In this document: positions 40,887-59,295 of the stretch, one piece after another
Numbering within the stretch: the first letter of the stretch is position 1
Layout: each line of letters starts with the position of its first letter
NCBI GenBank assembly: GCA_002269645.1
Contig: NIVC01003961.1
Location: 3,492-67,491 of the forward strand
DNA from: Macrostomum lignano
Lineage: Eukaryota
Reading direction: 5' to 3'
DNA: 64,000 nt
Translations under genes and position numbers: made by a program
The notes under the pieces: generated by a model
What the model saw: the letters and a program-made list of their open reading frames with translations, nothing else
Databases searched by the model: none
What the model was told of the DNA's origin: nothing

Positions 40887-41329
40887 GGTCACTGGTCAGA
40901 TCGTCATATTCCATTTCGTCATATCGGATGACGAAGTGACCAGAAGCAAAGTAGCTTTGAAAAATAATATGACGAAGTGACCAAATATTTAGTTATGCTG
41001 GATACTTCGTCATCAAACCAATCAATCTGTGTGAGATTCGAGTTAGTGTAAACTATTTTTGTCTTTATTAACTATAAGCTGCGGCAAGCAGAACCGATCG
41101 ATCAACAGGTTTTATCAATCGAGATGTCAAAATGACTGGGATGATTAGGATTCCATGTAAATATGTTTAATTTCCACATCAATTCACTTGGAAGTTGGAA
41201 CTGGTGGATGGCGAAATGACTCTCTTGAGGTAGTGCATGCAAATCAAGATGACGAAGTGACCCTAGTCGAGGTGGACACCCCAGACACCCCAGATGACGA
41301 AATGGCAGATGACGAAGTGACTAGGAACC
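40887..41329. mobile_element. 443 bp MITE with 8 bp TSD (TGTATGTG)
   Basis: Imperfect TIR ggtcactggtca / tgactaggaacc; multiple GACGAAGTGAC subterminal motifs; TGTATGTG at 40879-40886 and 41330-41337. Confidence 0.75.
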
Positions 41330-41859
41330 TGTATGTGCGCCTCACAGAGTATAGATTATGGCCGTGAGTTGGCTTGAAATTTATCATGTAATTAATTTTG
41401 GCGCTTATTGACAAAGCTGTACTGTGAACTTATGGTCGTGGCGATCGTGACCATGTTAACATAAACACATGTGTACAAATGTAAAGTCATACAAAACTTG
41501 GTCTTCTACATTTAGTAAATGAATAACACTTATTCGTTCATTCAGCAACACAGTTAAGTGAATGTGATAATTATACTATACAAGCTGTTGAAACCCGCGG
41601 ATTTTGAACCCGGGGAATTCCAATACCCGGAACTACTTTTGCATGTATTCTGAAATCTAAGGCCATACACAAACAAAAACTTGTTAATAGTTAGTAGGAT
41701 AGAGGTAGACATAAAATGGAGCACATTTGAGTAAAATTAGGGTTTGAGACATTGTTGGCTGGGGTACTGCGCAGAATGTCAAGCAATGTCTGTCTGACTC
41801 TAAAACATATTGCTAAACTCTGGTCTCTCCCTGACTCTCCCTACGTCCCTTGGATCCTT

Positions 41860-42269
41860 TAAAATTTCTATCGTCTCTTTGTTTCCTCTCATCTCTCTCG
41901 TCCCTCGTCTCTCCTCTCTCCTCTCTCCCCTCTTCTCTCGTATCTTCCCTCATCTCTCTTCTCTTTCATCTCTCTTATCTCATCTCTTGTCTCTTCTTTT
42001 CTCTCTCCTCTCCTCTCTACTTTTTCGTTTTCTCTCTCCCCTCCTCTCTCCTCTCTCCCCTTCTCCTCTCTCCTCTCACCCCCTCTTCTCTCTGATCTTC
42101 ATTCTCCTTTCTATTCTTTTCTCTCTTCTCTTAACTCTCTCCTCTACTCTCTCATCTCTCCCTCTTCTCTCGCCTCTTCCCTCACCTCTTTTCTCTCTCG
42201 TCTTTGCTCTCTCATCTTTCCTTTCTCTTATCTTATCTCTCTTATCTCTTCTCATTTCTCTCTACTCCC

Positions 42270-42346
<77 letters not shown>

Positions 42347-42540
42347 GTCTTTCTCTCTTATCTCTGCTCCTCTCTCTACTCTCTCCCCTCTCCTTTCTCC
42401 TCTTTCCTCTCCTCTCTCCTCACTCACTTCTCTACCTTTGTCTCTCCTCTCTCCTCTCGTCTCTGTAACCTCTCCTCTGTTCTCTCTACTCTCCCATCTT
42501 TTATCTGTTCACTCTCGTCTCTGCTCTTTCATCCCCCTCT
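41860..42540. repeat. CT-rich low-complexity tract with a pure (CT)n core
   Basis: Directly visible. Confidence 0.92.
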
Positions 42541-42800
42541 TTAATCTGGCATCTCTGTCTACGCAATCGAAATTCTGTGATATTGTGATATTCTATTGGT
42601 TAAAACGCCATCACATTACGTGTATATTGCGCATGCGTCCTATATCAATACTTGTACAGAAGCAATTGAACGCAAGACCCATATAGCTACCAGTCGGCGC
42701 ACTATATATTTACTCTTTAACACTCAAGAATATCGACTTAATATCTTCTCTGCATCTAAAAAGCAACTAGCTAGCTAAAGAATACCAGCTCAATTGTCTG

Positions 42801-43558
42801 ATGGAAGTCGAAGAAGAAGTCCAGCGTGTGTCAAAGCAGTAACTGACGAGGAGCCTGCATTAAATTGTGACAAGTGCAAACATTGGTTCCATCGACTGTG
42901 TTTGACTGGTAAGTTTATGCCCTATATTCTGCATTCCATCAACTTAGTGTGTATTCACTCTTAAAATGGAAGAGGAGAAAGAGGGTAGAGGGGGGAGAAG
43001 GTAGAGGAGAGAGTGAAGAGGAAAAGAGGGTAGGGGAGAGAAGGTGGGGAGAGAGGGTAGAGGGGGGAAGGTAGAGGAGAGAGTGAAGAGGAAAAGAGAG
43101 TAGGGGAGAGAAGGTGGGGAGAGGAGGTAGAGAGGAGAGAGGGTATGTGGAGAGATGATAAATGGCTGAAATTGTTTTTGCTTTTTATTTTAGGAGCATC
43201 GTTCATTTCTGCTGCACAGTATAAGAAATTGATGAAGAAGAGTTCTTTTTCTTGGTGCTGCATGATCTGCACTACTCAGGAGGTACGTAGAGAGCGATGC
43301 TGAGGTTGAAGTTGCTGCTGCCGGTGGTGATGAGGTAGAGAGCGATGCCGAAATCGAAGTTGCTGCTGCCGGTGGTGATGAGGTAGAGAGCGATGCCGAA
43401 ATCGAAGTTGCTGCTGCCGGTGGTGATGAGGTAGAGAGCGATGCCGAAATCGAAGTTGCTGCTGCCGGTGGTGATGAGGTAGAGAGCGATGCTGAAATCG
43501 AAGTTGCTGCTGCCGGTGGTGATGAGGTAGAGAGCGATGCCGAAATCGAAGTTGCTGC
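42801..43558 (+). pseudogene. Frameshifted two-exon PHD-finger gene with acidic 48 bp repeats, inside the long-TIR element
   Basis: Exon 42801-42908 reads MEVEEE[-1 frameshift]xPACVKAVTDEEPALNCDKCKHWFHRLCLT, donor gtaagt. Acceptor ttttag at 43193; the next exon reads GASFISAAQYKKLMKKSSFSWCCMIC. Together they give the C4HC3 pattern. After a 4 bp insertion, ~6 x 48 bp units encode EVESDAEIEVAAAGGD. Confidence 0.75.
42970..43155. repeat. GA-rich repeat in the intron of the PHD pseudogene
   Basis: Duplicated ggtagaggagagagtgaagaggaaaagag blocks. Confidence 0.8.
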
Positions 43559-46500
43559 AGATATACAGTTGTTTTCTGAACTCGTTCAATGGCTTTTAAG
43601 ACGTACATGTACATCTACAGTACATGTACATGTAGATGTAGTACAAAAAATCTAATAATCAATTGTCGTTGACTTGGGTTGAAAAATTAAAAGTAGGGAT
43701 AAAATTAAGTGCGCGCTGTAAATGTTATGCCTCGAAACGCACTCGAACAAAATGATAATTGCAGATAGCATACGAACCTTTATTACTTTAATAAGAGTTT
43801 ATATTAACAGCTTATATACATTAATATTTAACAACGAAAAATAGTCAAATCAAGTCTAAAAAGCTTGTCACCGAATTGACCACTGGTGTCACCGAAACGT
43901 CCCAAGTTGTCACCGAAGTTGTTGTCACCGAAATGTCTTGTCACCGAATTGACCTGGGACCCTGGACGAATAGCGATGTGGTTATTTGTCTAGTTACTAG
44001 ATAGATAATAGCCATGTTTCCCTATTCATCCAATGAATGCTAGACAAATAGGCATTTTGTTATTTGTCTGGTTAAATTAATGATCTATTGGTATAAGACC
44101 CATAGTTAGGATGATGTACATTATGCCGGAAATTTCCGGCGTACAATTGAATATTTTACTTTTTTTGGTATACAATGGGTATAAAAAATGAGGCAAAATA
44201 TATTTAGCATACCTTTTGACTTGACGCTGTGGCATAAATATGCCAAGCAGCGTACGCCAACTCCAACCTTCATGCCAAAGTTAATATTAACAATTGTTGG
44301 CATAACGCCATAACTTCAAAATCTTATTAAGAAATCATAAAAACCATAAAACTCATAAGATGAAAGTTCATAACTTTTTGTTATTTTAAAAATAAAAAAT
44401 TCCACATAAACTAATTGTGTAATTTTCTAAAAAAACTTAAACAAAAAATTGATTTTTGTTGGCATATTCTATTAGCCAATTTACTTTAAATGAAAACCAC
44501 ACATTTGTTAAATAATTTATTTGAAGAAAAAGAAATCATTTACTTGTAATCTTCATGAAGTTGATGGTACATATTTTGACATAATTGCCAAATTGAAACG
44601 ATCTTATTTGTTCAATTAACATGCAACACGCAAAAAAGGTCATTTATTGTCGCAAAGCCTAGAAAACCTGGCGTAAGTTCCTAGGACCTTGGTGTATGTT
44701 TCAGTATAAAGTGGCATAGATTTTTTAGGGGACTTTTTATTCCGGCATATACCATGACATGATCCTGACTATGGTATAAGACCAAGATGGCCATATACCA
44801 AGATGGCCAAAACATTGAATCTCTGGCTTTGCTCTCTTTTTATCATTAATTAGCAACATAGTAGCTATTGTTATATTAATTATTATGTTTAATCAATCAT
44901 ATTCATAAATATTGATGCAATAATAGATTTGAAACTAATTACCTATAATATAAAAACTTTAATCTTTTTCAATGTTTATGCCAATTTATTCTCTTTCATT
45001 ATATCTATAAAATCTATCAATATCTGTTTATTAAGAAACCATTGCTACTAGTAATGCTATACAAAAATTAAGATAAATAGACAAGGCAAGGTATTTATTT
45101 TGTGTTAGGCTACTTGCTTGGTGTAGTGAATAAATATATATAGGTCAAGCTATAATAAAAGCTAAAGCCAAAGTAATGACTATAATATAGAGGCTTAATA
45201 TTATACAATTCCAATATAGCATCTATTTAGTATCTATTTCTCTAATTATTACCAATAGGAAATAAGTGAAATATATAACCATAGGCTTATTATTATCTAT
45301 TTACACACTTAGAGCTGTGGCCATCTTGGTGTGTGGCTATCTTGGTTATGCGCCATTCTATTTTACAGAAACTATAAGGGTGAATATCCTTAGACTTCAA
45401 AGACTTCTTACTTGTATCTTGATTAGATTACTATGTTGTTATACTAGTGTATAGCTTATTGTTATTGATTTTATACCAAATTATGCCAAATTGCATGTAT
45501 ATTACACATATCTGCTTTGCCTGCACTAGTAGTATATAACAAAATATTAATCAGGATAGAAGAAAAGATCTTAAAAATCTAGAATATTTATCACTAAACA
45601 AATAGACACTTATATTAGCAATTTAATTAGACAAATAACGAAAAGGCTATTTGTCTGGTCACCAGACTAAATAACAATTGCCAATACTAAAATAAATGAT
45701 ATTAGCTTATATAACTTAAATTATAAGGCAAAGAAGGGGCATTTCAGTCATTTTGTCTGCTGCCATTTCGTCTGCTATTCTTTTGTCTACAAAAATACAA
45801 TGCAATGCTGATGTAGTTGTTTTGTCTACCAATAAAATATTAAATCATGCTAGTATAACATTAGTATTCATGTGTAGGCCCTTATATAATATTTAAAGAA
45901 AATATCTGGCCTCTGTTTGTATATCTTAAAATACCTAAAGTAAAAATAGGCCTAATGAAATCTTTTTTTTAAGTACTAGTGAAGGCCTATCTAAAAATAT
46001 TATTACCCAAAAGACCTAACCAAATATTGAGACTTGAGTTAATTCCACTTATATACTTACATTTTGTTTATTATGAATAAACTTTGCAATAAGATAGCAA
46101 ATGTGTTATCATCATTGGATGGGGTTGGGCCAGGGATCATAACAATGCTCACAATAGCTAGCCAATCATAATCATATTCAACTACAAACTATACTCTATC
46201 TTCTGATTCACTAACTAGTGAATAGTTTCATACAATCATAGTTTTTATAGTTTTAACTAGATCTTAGAAAATAAAGATTAGCAAGAATATACTTTGAGTA
46301 ATTAGATATGCTAATATTACTTTTTCTATTACTAACCAACTCATTCTTTTTGGCCATAGACATTCTCAAGTATTAGTGCCATATTAGACAATGTTTAATA
46401 TTTTTGTATCAATTTGAAATATAAAAGATTTTAACAAACAATTTAAGAAGAATGCCTTATGTTCAATAGAAATCTCAACCACTGCTTGCTATAGCCAAGC

Positions 46501-46659
46501 CTTCCAATAGTTAGGCACTAGTGCTTTGGTTAAAGGATAGCAAAAATAAACTATTAATGGTACTAATACTTGATATCGCCTTGACCAATCTATCAATCAG
46601 GTGCTAAGCACTTTTAATAGTTGAAGATTACAGCAATGCTTCTTATTTGAGTGGCAACT

Positions 46660-46815
46660 AATATGTATATTCAACAGGCTATTGTTTGATAAAAGGAATG
46701 CATTGTAGAGCACCTTGTCTAAGAGTAGCACAAAGAAGAATGGTACTAATGTGTTACCTTCTGGAATTCCTAATAAAGTTTCAAATAGGTTAGATAGCCT
46801 ATCTACTATCATGAT
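46660..46815 (-). mobile_element. Highly decayed non-LTR reverse transcriptase fragment
   Basis: DRLSNLFETLLGIPEGNTLVPFFFVLLLDKVL resembles the RT motif F.T..GVLQGDTLAPFLF.L.LD.VL of RTE-like LINEs. Confidence 0.55.
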
Positions 46816-47323
46816 AATGATATAATATTGTAATATAGCAACCTGACGTGACTAATAGCATCATCTAGTTGCAAGCCCTTAGGTTAGGGATGGCATTTTT
46901 TTCAATCTAAAAATGCAAATCAATGCACTTAATAGCTATTTTATACTTTTAATGACATTTCTTTTTAACATAGCCTGTTATTCTAGGTGCTCATTTATTC
47001 AATTAACAGTCAAATCTACAATTTTGCCATTCACATTTCTGGTTTTATTGATCAAAAATTCTGCTGCAGTATTTATTCTTATTTATTGTATTATAATCAG
47101 AATGTATGGCAAAAGCACTTTATTTTTTCCATGCTAGTTTTTCTATATTCATTGTTTAAAAATCTTGGAAGTTTAATTTGGAGTTTAATTTTTTAGTATG
47201 CAGCTATGTTTTCAATGATAATAATTTAAATGAAATTAGTATTTGTTTTTTGTTTTAATAAAAATTACTCAAACATTTTTTGTTAACACTTCAGCAGTTC
47301 ACCCTGCGACAATAACTTTTTAA

Positions 47324-52528
<5,205 letters not shown>

Positions 52529-53104
52529 TTTTTGGCTCAAATTTTTTGTTTAAAAATAGATATTGGATTCAAAGTATTAATTTGAGTAGCTGTTCGATAA
52601 GCGTGCTGCGTTCTGTTTGCAGCTAACCTAGTAAAGCCTGGTACAGTATAGATTCTTAATAGTGTGATACGCCAGAAACTAATTTAACTAGCGTATTCCA
52701 GATTTTCAGTACCCACACGCTATATTCTGGCTAGATTTTTCTTTAAATTGAGTCAAGAATCATAAAACCACATTACATGTAAAGCTATGGGACTTTTTTC
52801 AAAGCTTGATCAAACTATTAGGCTGCTTAATTATTTTTCCCTAATTTGTGCTCTTCCACTCCGTGGTTGCCTATAGATTATTGCTCACACGTTGTGAAAA
52901 AACTCTTGCTTTCCTAACGCCTCTGTTGCTTGCAGTGTCAAACATGTGTCAAGAAAACATGTGCCTGATTGAGCAATGGCATTACTGTACAATCTTAGTG
53001 AACAGATACAGACAGACAACCGTCTTCAATCGGTTTTAAAAACTTCTAAAGTTTTTGCAGTTGTAACAAAACGAAATCACAGTGAAGCACGCGCCACGCC
53101 ATTG

Positions 53105-53880
53105 CTCCCGCACCCCATGACACCCACCACCCCATTGCACACACCACCCCATTGCACCCACCACCCCATGACACCCACCACCCCATTGCACACACCACCC
53201 CATTGCACACATCACCCCACTGCACACATCACCCCATTGCACCCACCACCCCACTGCACACACCACCCCATTGCACACATCACCCCATTGCACACACCAC
53301 CCCACTGCACACACCACCCCATTGCACACATCACCCCATTGCACACACCACCCCACTGCACACACCACCCCATTGCACACATCACCCCATTGCACACACC
53401 ACCCCACTGCACACACCACCCCATTGCACACATCACCCCATTGCACGCATCACCCCACTGCACACACCACCCCATTGCACACATCACCCCATTGCACACA
53501 CCACCCCACTGCACACATCACCCCATTGCACGCATCACCCCATTGCACGCATCACCCCACTGCACACACCACCCCATTGCACACATCACCCCATTGCACA
53601 CACCACCCCACTGCACACATCACCCCATTGCACGCATCACCCCACTGCACACACCACCCCATTGCACACATCACCCCATTGCACACACCACCCCACTGCA
53701 CACATCACCCCATTGCACACACCACCCCATTGCACGCATCACCCCATTGCACCCACCACTCCATTGCACACACCACCCCATTGCACACACCACCCCATTG
53801 CACACATCACCCCATTGCACACATCACCCCATTGCACACATCACATTGCACACATCATTGCACCCACCACCCCACTGCAC
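53105..53880. repeat. Minisatellite, 17 bp unit (accccattgcacacacc and variants)
   Basis: Directly visible. Confidence 0.95.
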
Positions 53881-54564
53881 ATACCAACCTATTGGTCCAC
53901 CAGCCTATTTGACCCACGACCCTTAGTGTTCTCATTTCTATTGTAAAAATACTGTATAATAAATTCTTCAAGTAAAAGTACAATTTAGCAAATCTGCAGA
54001 CCAACTGCACGAGGCAGTTGCCATTGTAGTAGAATTTCTTGCACCAATATTGTCAATATGTCATTGTAGATCTTTAGGTACCGTTTTATTTGACAGGATT
54101 GTTAAAATTAAAGGATCCACCAAGACACAGATTCCTAAAGATTGTACGTATCTAATCTATGCGATATCACTAACAAATCGCATATTATGGTTTTCTAATT
54201 CGACTTTTGCACATTTATGTTTATGATTTTTCCTGTTTACTGTTTCCTGTTCCCCCTGTTACCGTCTCTGATAAGGAATTTACTTTTTGTTGAACTTTGT
54301 GTAATTGATGGATTGATGTATGATGCTACCATAAGTAGTATAGTGAACAAGCGATGACCACTGTTGATTCATTTTTTAATAATATAAATATTGTTTTATT
54401 CGGTGTATATATAAGTACGCGTTTTGTTTTTCTATCCCAATTAATTTTTTTCAATAGCTCTGTTTTCGTTTATTTAATTTTGCAACTTCAACTGCACCGA
54501 AATGCCTATTTAATTGCTTCAGTGAGATTTAATGTCTGTCTGTCTGTACTTCACTCGCTAGTTG

Positions 54565-55420
54565 TCAGCCTGTAACCCCCTGGTCCCTTCAGTCAGACAG
54601 CCTGTTACCCTCTGGTCCCTTCAGTCAGACAGCCTGTTACCCTCTGGACCCTTCAGTCAGACAGCCTGTTACCCTCTGGTTCCTTCAGTCAGACAGCCTG
54701 TAACCCCCTGGTCCCTTCAGTCAGACAGCCTGTTACCCTCTGGTCCCTTCAGTCAGACAGCCTGTTACCCTCTGGTCCCTTCGGTTCGACAGTCTGTTAC
54801 CCTCTGATTCATTCAGTCAGGCAGCCTGTTACCCTCTGGACCCTTCAGTCAGACAGCCTGTTACCCTCTGGTCCCTTCGGTTCGACAGTCTGTTACCCTC
54901 TGATTCATTCAGTCAGGCAGCCTGTTACCCTCTGGACCCTTCAGTCAGGCAGCCTGTTACCCTCTGGTCCCTTCAGTCAGACAGCCTGTTACCCTCTGGT
55001 TCCTTCAGTCAGACAGCCTGTTACCCTCTGGTCCCTTCGGTTCGACAGTCTGTTACCCTCTGATTCATTCAGTCAGGCAGCCTGTTACCCTCTGGACCCT
55101 TCAGTCAGGCAGCCTGTTACCCTCTGGTCCCTTCGGTTCGACAGTCTGTTACCCTCTGATTCATTCAGTCAGGCAGCCTGTTACCCTATGGACCCTTCAG
55201 TCAGGCAGCCTGTTACCCTCTGGTCCCTTCAGTCAGACAGCCTGTTACCCTCTGGTTCCTTCAGTCAGACAGCCTGTTACCCTGTGGTTCCTTCGGTCCG
55301 ACAGCCTGTTACCCTCTGATTCATTCAGCCAGACAGTCTGTTACCCTCTGGTCCCTTCAGTCAGACGGCCTGTTGCCCTCTGGTTCATTCTGTCAGGCAG
55401 CCTGTTACCCTCTGGTTCCT
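54565..55420. repeat. Minisatellite, 32 bp unit (cctgttaccctctggtcccttcagtcagacag) with recurring variant blocks
   Basis: Period 32 (54601 to 54633); the variant pair ggttcgacagt / gattcattc recurs several times. Confidence 0.95.
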
Positions 55421-56249
55421 TAATCATGCTCATCTACCTTCAGTTTGCTACTACAATATTCCCTATTCAAAGCGCTCAAAGCTTCGCCATGCTTTAACAA
55501 ACTGACTGAAATGAAGAAATTAACCATGACAGATGGCTGTCTGTCATAGCGAATTAGTCTGATTGCAGGCAACAGGTTTCTTCATTGCTACTGGGCATCA
55601 GTAGCTGATGCCGCGAATTCCGCTGTCCAGTGTTCTGCTGGAGCAAAAGCAAATTGGACAACTCGCTAAGCCTTAAACTGTCTTCCTAGCCTAACTGCGG
55701 TCTCAAGTTTCCAAAGGCAGACTGGCTGGCAATAATTACATTACAGCGGATTAATGCCCAGCCTGCCATGCTGGTGGGGAGATTGAATTATTAAGGCAGC
55801 AGAAAATAGTTTAAGGCGAAGTGCGGCTGTTGGCCCAGTCTCTCCTCTGGGTATTCGGTTGATTACACGTCGCAAAAAGTGAGGGTGTGACGCTATATTC
55901 ATGGTTAACTTGACTATATTGGAGAATGTCTTCTCGAACTGCAACATGCTGGCGTTGGGTGTCATTTGGCACTGTCGTGTTAGGGCTATAATGCAAGTTG
56001 AGAACTGCACCAAGTGAAGATCTCAACACTTCCCCCCCCCGCTCGCTGACTGCACTGAATCAATAGTCTTTTGGCCATAGACATCCTCAGGCTGACTGGT
56101 AAATGTGTAGCTTGTCGGTATCAAATGATACCACAGTAATTTGAAGTTTAATTTACCGCTTTCGGACATCTAGCTTGCTGGGATCAATGATGCTTTCAAG
56201 TGTAGCTTAGATTACACTTATTTTCCGCGATCAAATATGTAAGTTTGTA

Positions 56250-57005
56250 TTGTAGTGTACCGGTTCCAGGTGACAACTATTGTAGTTTACCGGTTCAAGG
56301 TGACAACTATTGTAGTTTACCGGTTCCAGGTGACAACTATTGTAGTTTACCGGTTCCAGATGACAACTATTGTAGTTTACCGGTTCCAGATGACAACTAT
56401 TGTAGTTTACCGGTTCCAGATGACAACTATTGTAGTTTACCGGTTCCAGATAACATCTATTTTACATGTAGTTTACCGGTTCCAGATGACAACTATTGTA
56501 CATGTAGTTTACCGGTTCCAGATGACAACTATTGTAGTTTACCGGTTCCAGATGACAACTATTGTACATGTAGTTTACCGGTTCCAGATGACAACTATTG
56601 TACATGTAGTTTACCGGTTCCAGATGACAACTATTGTACATGTAGTTTACCGGTTCCAGATGACAACTATTGTACATGTAGTTTACCGGTTCCAGATGAC
56701 AACTATTGTACATGTAGTTTACCGGTTCCAGATGACAACTATTGTAGTTTACCGGTTCCAGATGACAACTATTGTAGTTTTACCGGTTCCAGATGACAAC
56801 TATTGTACATGTAGTTTACCGGTTCCAGATGACAACTATTGTACATGTAGTTTACCGGTTCCAGATGACAACTATTGTACATGTAGTTTACTGGTTCCAG
56901 GTGACATCTATTGTACATGTAGTTTACCGGTTCCAGATGACAACTATTGTACATGTAGTTTACTGGTTCCAGGTGACAACTTTTTTAGTTTACCGGTTCC
57001 AGATG
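56250..57005. repeat. Minisatellite, 30/36 bp units (tgtagtttaccggttccagatgacaactat, +/- tgtaca)
   Basis: Directly visible. Confidence 0.95.
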
Positions 57006-57974
57006 ATACTGAATTGTAGTTAACCTTTACCAGCTTCATTAAAAATTACATGTAATCTAATAGTGTTACCATTAGTAAGACTTAATTGTTCCGCTTGGCC
57101 AGGCTCGTTGCGATTGCATTGCATTGGCACCAACTCATATTGTTAGGCTTTTAATTTTTACTTGTAATTAACCATTTTCCTTTTAATTTGCCGCATAGCC
57201 TATAATGAGGAGTCAACGACCATGACAGATAGTCATGATATCGCGTGCCTGTCTGTAACATCTGCCTCTGTCACCCTCTCATCACCGACGGAACAACCTG
57301 CCCGTCTGGCTCTCTCCATCTCTCTGGTGATCTCGGCCCTTTCAAAGCCCATGACGGATCCCCGCCCCGTCATCGCCTTCCTGTCTGTCTCCCTCTCTCC
57401 CTGAATCCCCACTCTTCTCCAGTCTCCCTTATCATCTGCGTTGACCTGTCGTCTCAGCTTGTTATATAGCGTCATCATCATCGGCATAATCTCAATATAC
57501 CGGTATGCAATATATGCATTCACAGCAAGCAAAGGCAAGGGGTTTGGGAGAAGGAAGGGGGTTGTTGCAAATTTGAGCAATTTTCTGCCCCGTTGGATAC
57601 AAGGCCCACCGCCTCGCCAAAAAGGCGGCTGCTGCTGCGGCGGCTGTGGTCCGCCATTTTGGGATGCGTGTGGGGGTGGAGGTTGTTGTTGGCGGCAGTT
57701 GCAATTGCAATTCAAAAGTTGGGCTCAGTATAATAAGCTAGATAGCGTCTGATTGACTGACAGACAGACAGACAGACGACAGCTTTTCAGTAGATTGGAG
57801 AGGCTGAGAGCTGCCCATTCTTGGCCGCTTTGGTTGACGCAATATGCAAAAATGCAGCTAATTGTTAAAATCATAGGTGGCTATTTTAGAGCACACTTAA
57901 GAGTTTGAAACAATGTTTTCTTTGTTAAAAATAAGCTGTATCTGGCTGCTTTTTCCACTGGCTAAAAACTAATT

Positions 57975-59295
57975 TACCTGTTTCCAAAGGGTCTGAGAGG
58001 TTAGTTTACCTGTCCCAGTAGGATCTGAGAGGTTAGTTTACCTGTCTCAATAAGATCTGAGAGGTTAGTTTGCCTGTCTCAATAAGATCTGAGAGGTTAG
58101 TTTGCCTGTCTCAATAAGATCTAAGAGGTTAGTTTATCTGTCTCAATAGGATCTGAGGGGTTAGTTTACCTGTCTCAATAAGATCTGAGGGGTTAGTTTA
58201 CCTGTCTCAATAAGATCTGAGGGGTTAGTTTACCTGTCTCAATAAGATCTGAGGGGTTAGTTTACCTGTCTCAATAAGATCTGAGGGGTTAGTTTACCTG
58301 TCTCAATAAGATCTGAGAGGTTATTTTATCTGTCTCAATAAGATCTGAGAGGTTAGTTTACCTGTCTCAATAAGATCTGAGGGGTTAGTTTACCTGTCTC
58401 AATAAGATCTGAGGGGTTAGTTTACCTGTCTCAATAAGATCTAAGAGGTTATTTTATCTGTCTCAATAAGATCTGAGAGGTTAGTTTACCTGTCTCAATA
58501 AGATCTGAAAGGTTAGTTTACCTGTCTCAATAAGATCTGAGGGGTTAGTTTACCTGTCTCAATAAGATCTGAGAGATTAGTTTACCTGTCTCAATAAGAT
58601 CTGAGAGGTTAGTTTACCTGTCTCAATAAGATCTGAGAGATTAGTTTACCTGTCTCAATAAGATCTGAGAGATTAGTTTACCTGTCTCAATAAGATCTGA
58701 GAGGTTAGTTTACCTGTCTCAATAAGATCTGAGAGATTAGTTTACCTGTCTCAATAAGATCTGAGAGGTTAGTTTACCTGTCTCAATAGGATCAGAGGTT
58801 AGTTTACCTGTCTCAATAGGATCAGAGGTTAGTTTACCTGTCTCAATAGGATCAGAGGTTAGTTTACCTGTCTCAATAAGATCTGAGAGATTAGTTTACC
58901 TGTCTCAATAAGATCTGAGAGGTTAGTTTACCTGTCTCAATAGGATCAGAGGTTAGTTTACCTGTCTCAATAGGATCAGAGGTTAGTTTACCTGTCTCAA
59001 TAGGATCAGAGGTTAGTTTACCTGTCTCAATAGGATCAGAGGTTAGTTTACCTGTCTCAATAGGATCAGAGGTTAGTTTACCTGTCTCAATAGGATCAGA
59101 GGTTAGTTTGCCTGTCTCAATAGGATCAGAGGTTAGTTTACCTGTCTCAATAGGATCAGAGGTTAGTTTACCTGTCTCAATAGGATCAGAGGTTAGTTTA
59201 CCTGTCTCAATAGGATCAGAGGTTAGTTTACCTGTCTCAATAGGATCAGAGGTTAGTTTGCCTGTCTCAATAGGATCAGAGGTTAGTTTACCTGC
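57975..59295. repeat. Minisatellite, 32 bp unit (gaggttagtttacctgtctcaataagatctga) switching to a 30 bp unit
   Basis: Directly visible; switch to ...aataggatca near 58790-58930. Confidence 0.96.

Larger units (their letters stand above)
40192..43957. mobile_element. Foldback/MULE-like element with ~400 bp inverted arms
   Basis: 40192-40589 is the reverse complement of 43559-43957 with about 3 substitutions and 1 indel. Arms carry five TTCGGTGACA subterminal motifs. No TSD found. Confidence 0.85.

Noticed and set aside
43958-45660. Further MITEs suggested by agacaaata/tatttgtct and accaagatggcc/ggccatcttgg inverted motifs
   Set aside because: Too degenerate to define termini or TSDs by eye; probably TE debris but not delimited.
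52976-53946. His/Pro/Thr/Cys-rich ORFs resembling metal-binding proteins
   Set aside because: Products of a 17 bp (non-triplet) repeat cycling through all frames.
57233-57715. 160 aa minus-strand ORF (MNCNCNCRQQQPPP...)
   Set aside because: Non-ATG start, no recognisable domain and no convincing splice model; may be UTR or non-coding sequence, though coding is not excluded.
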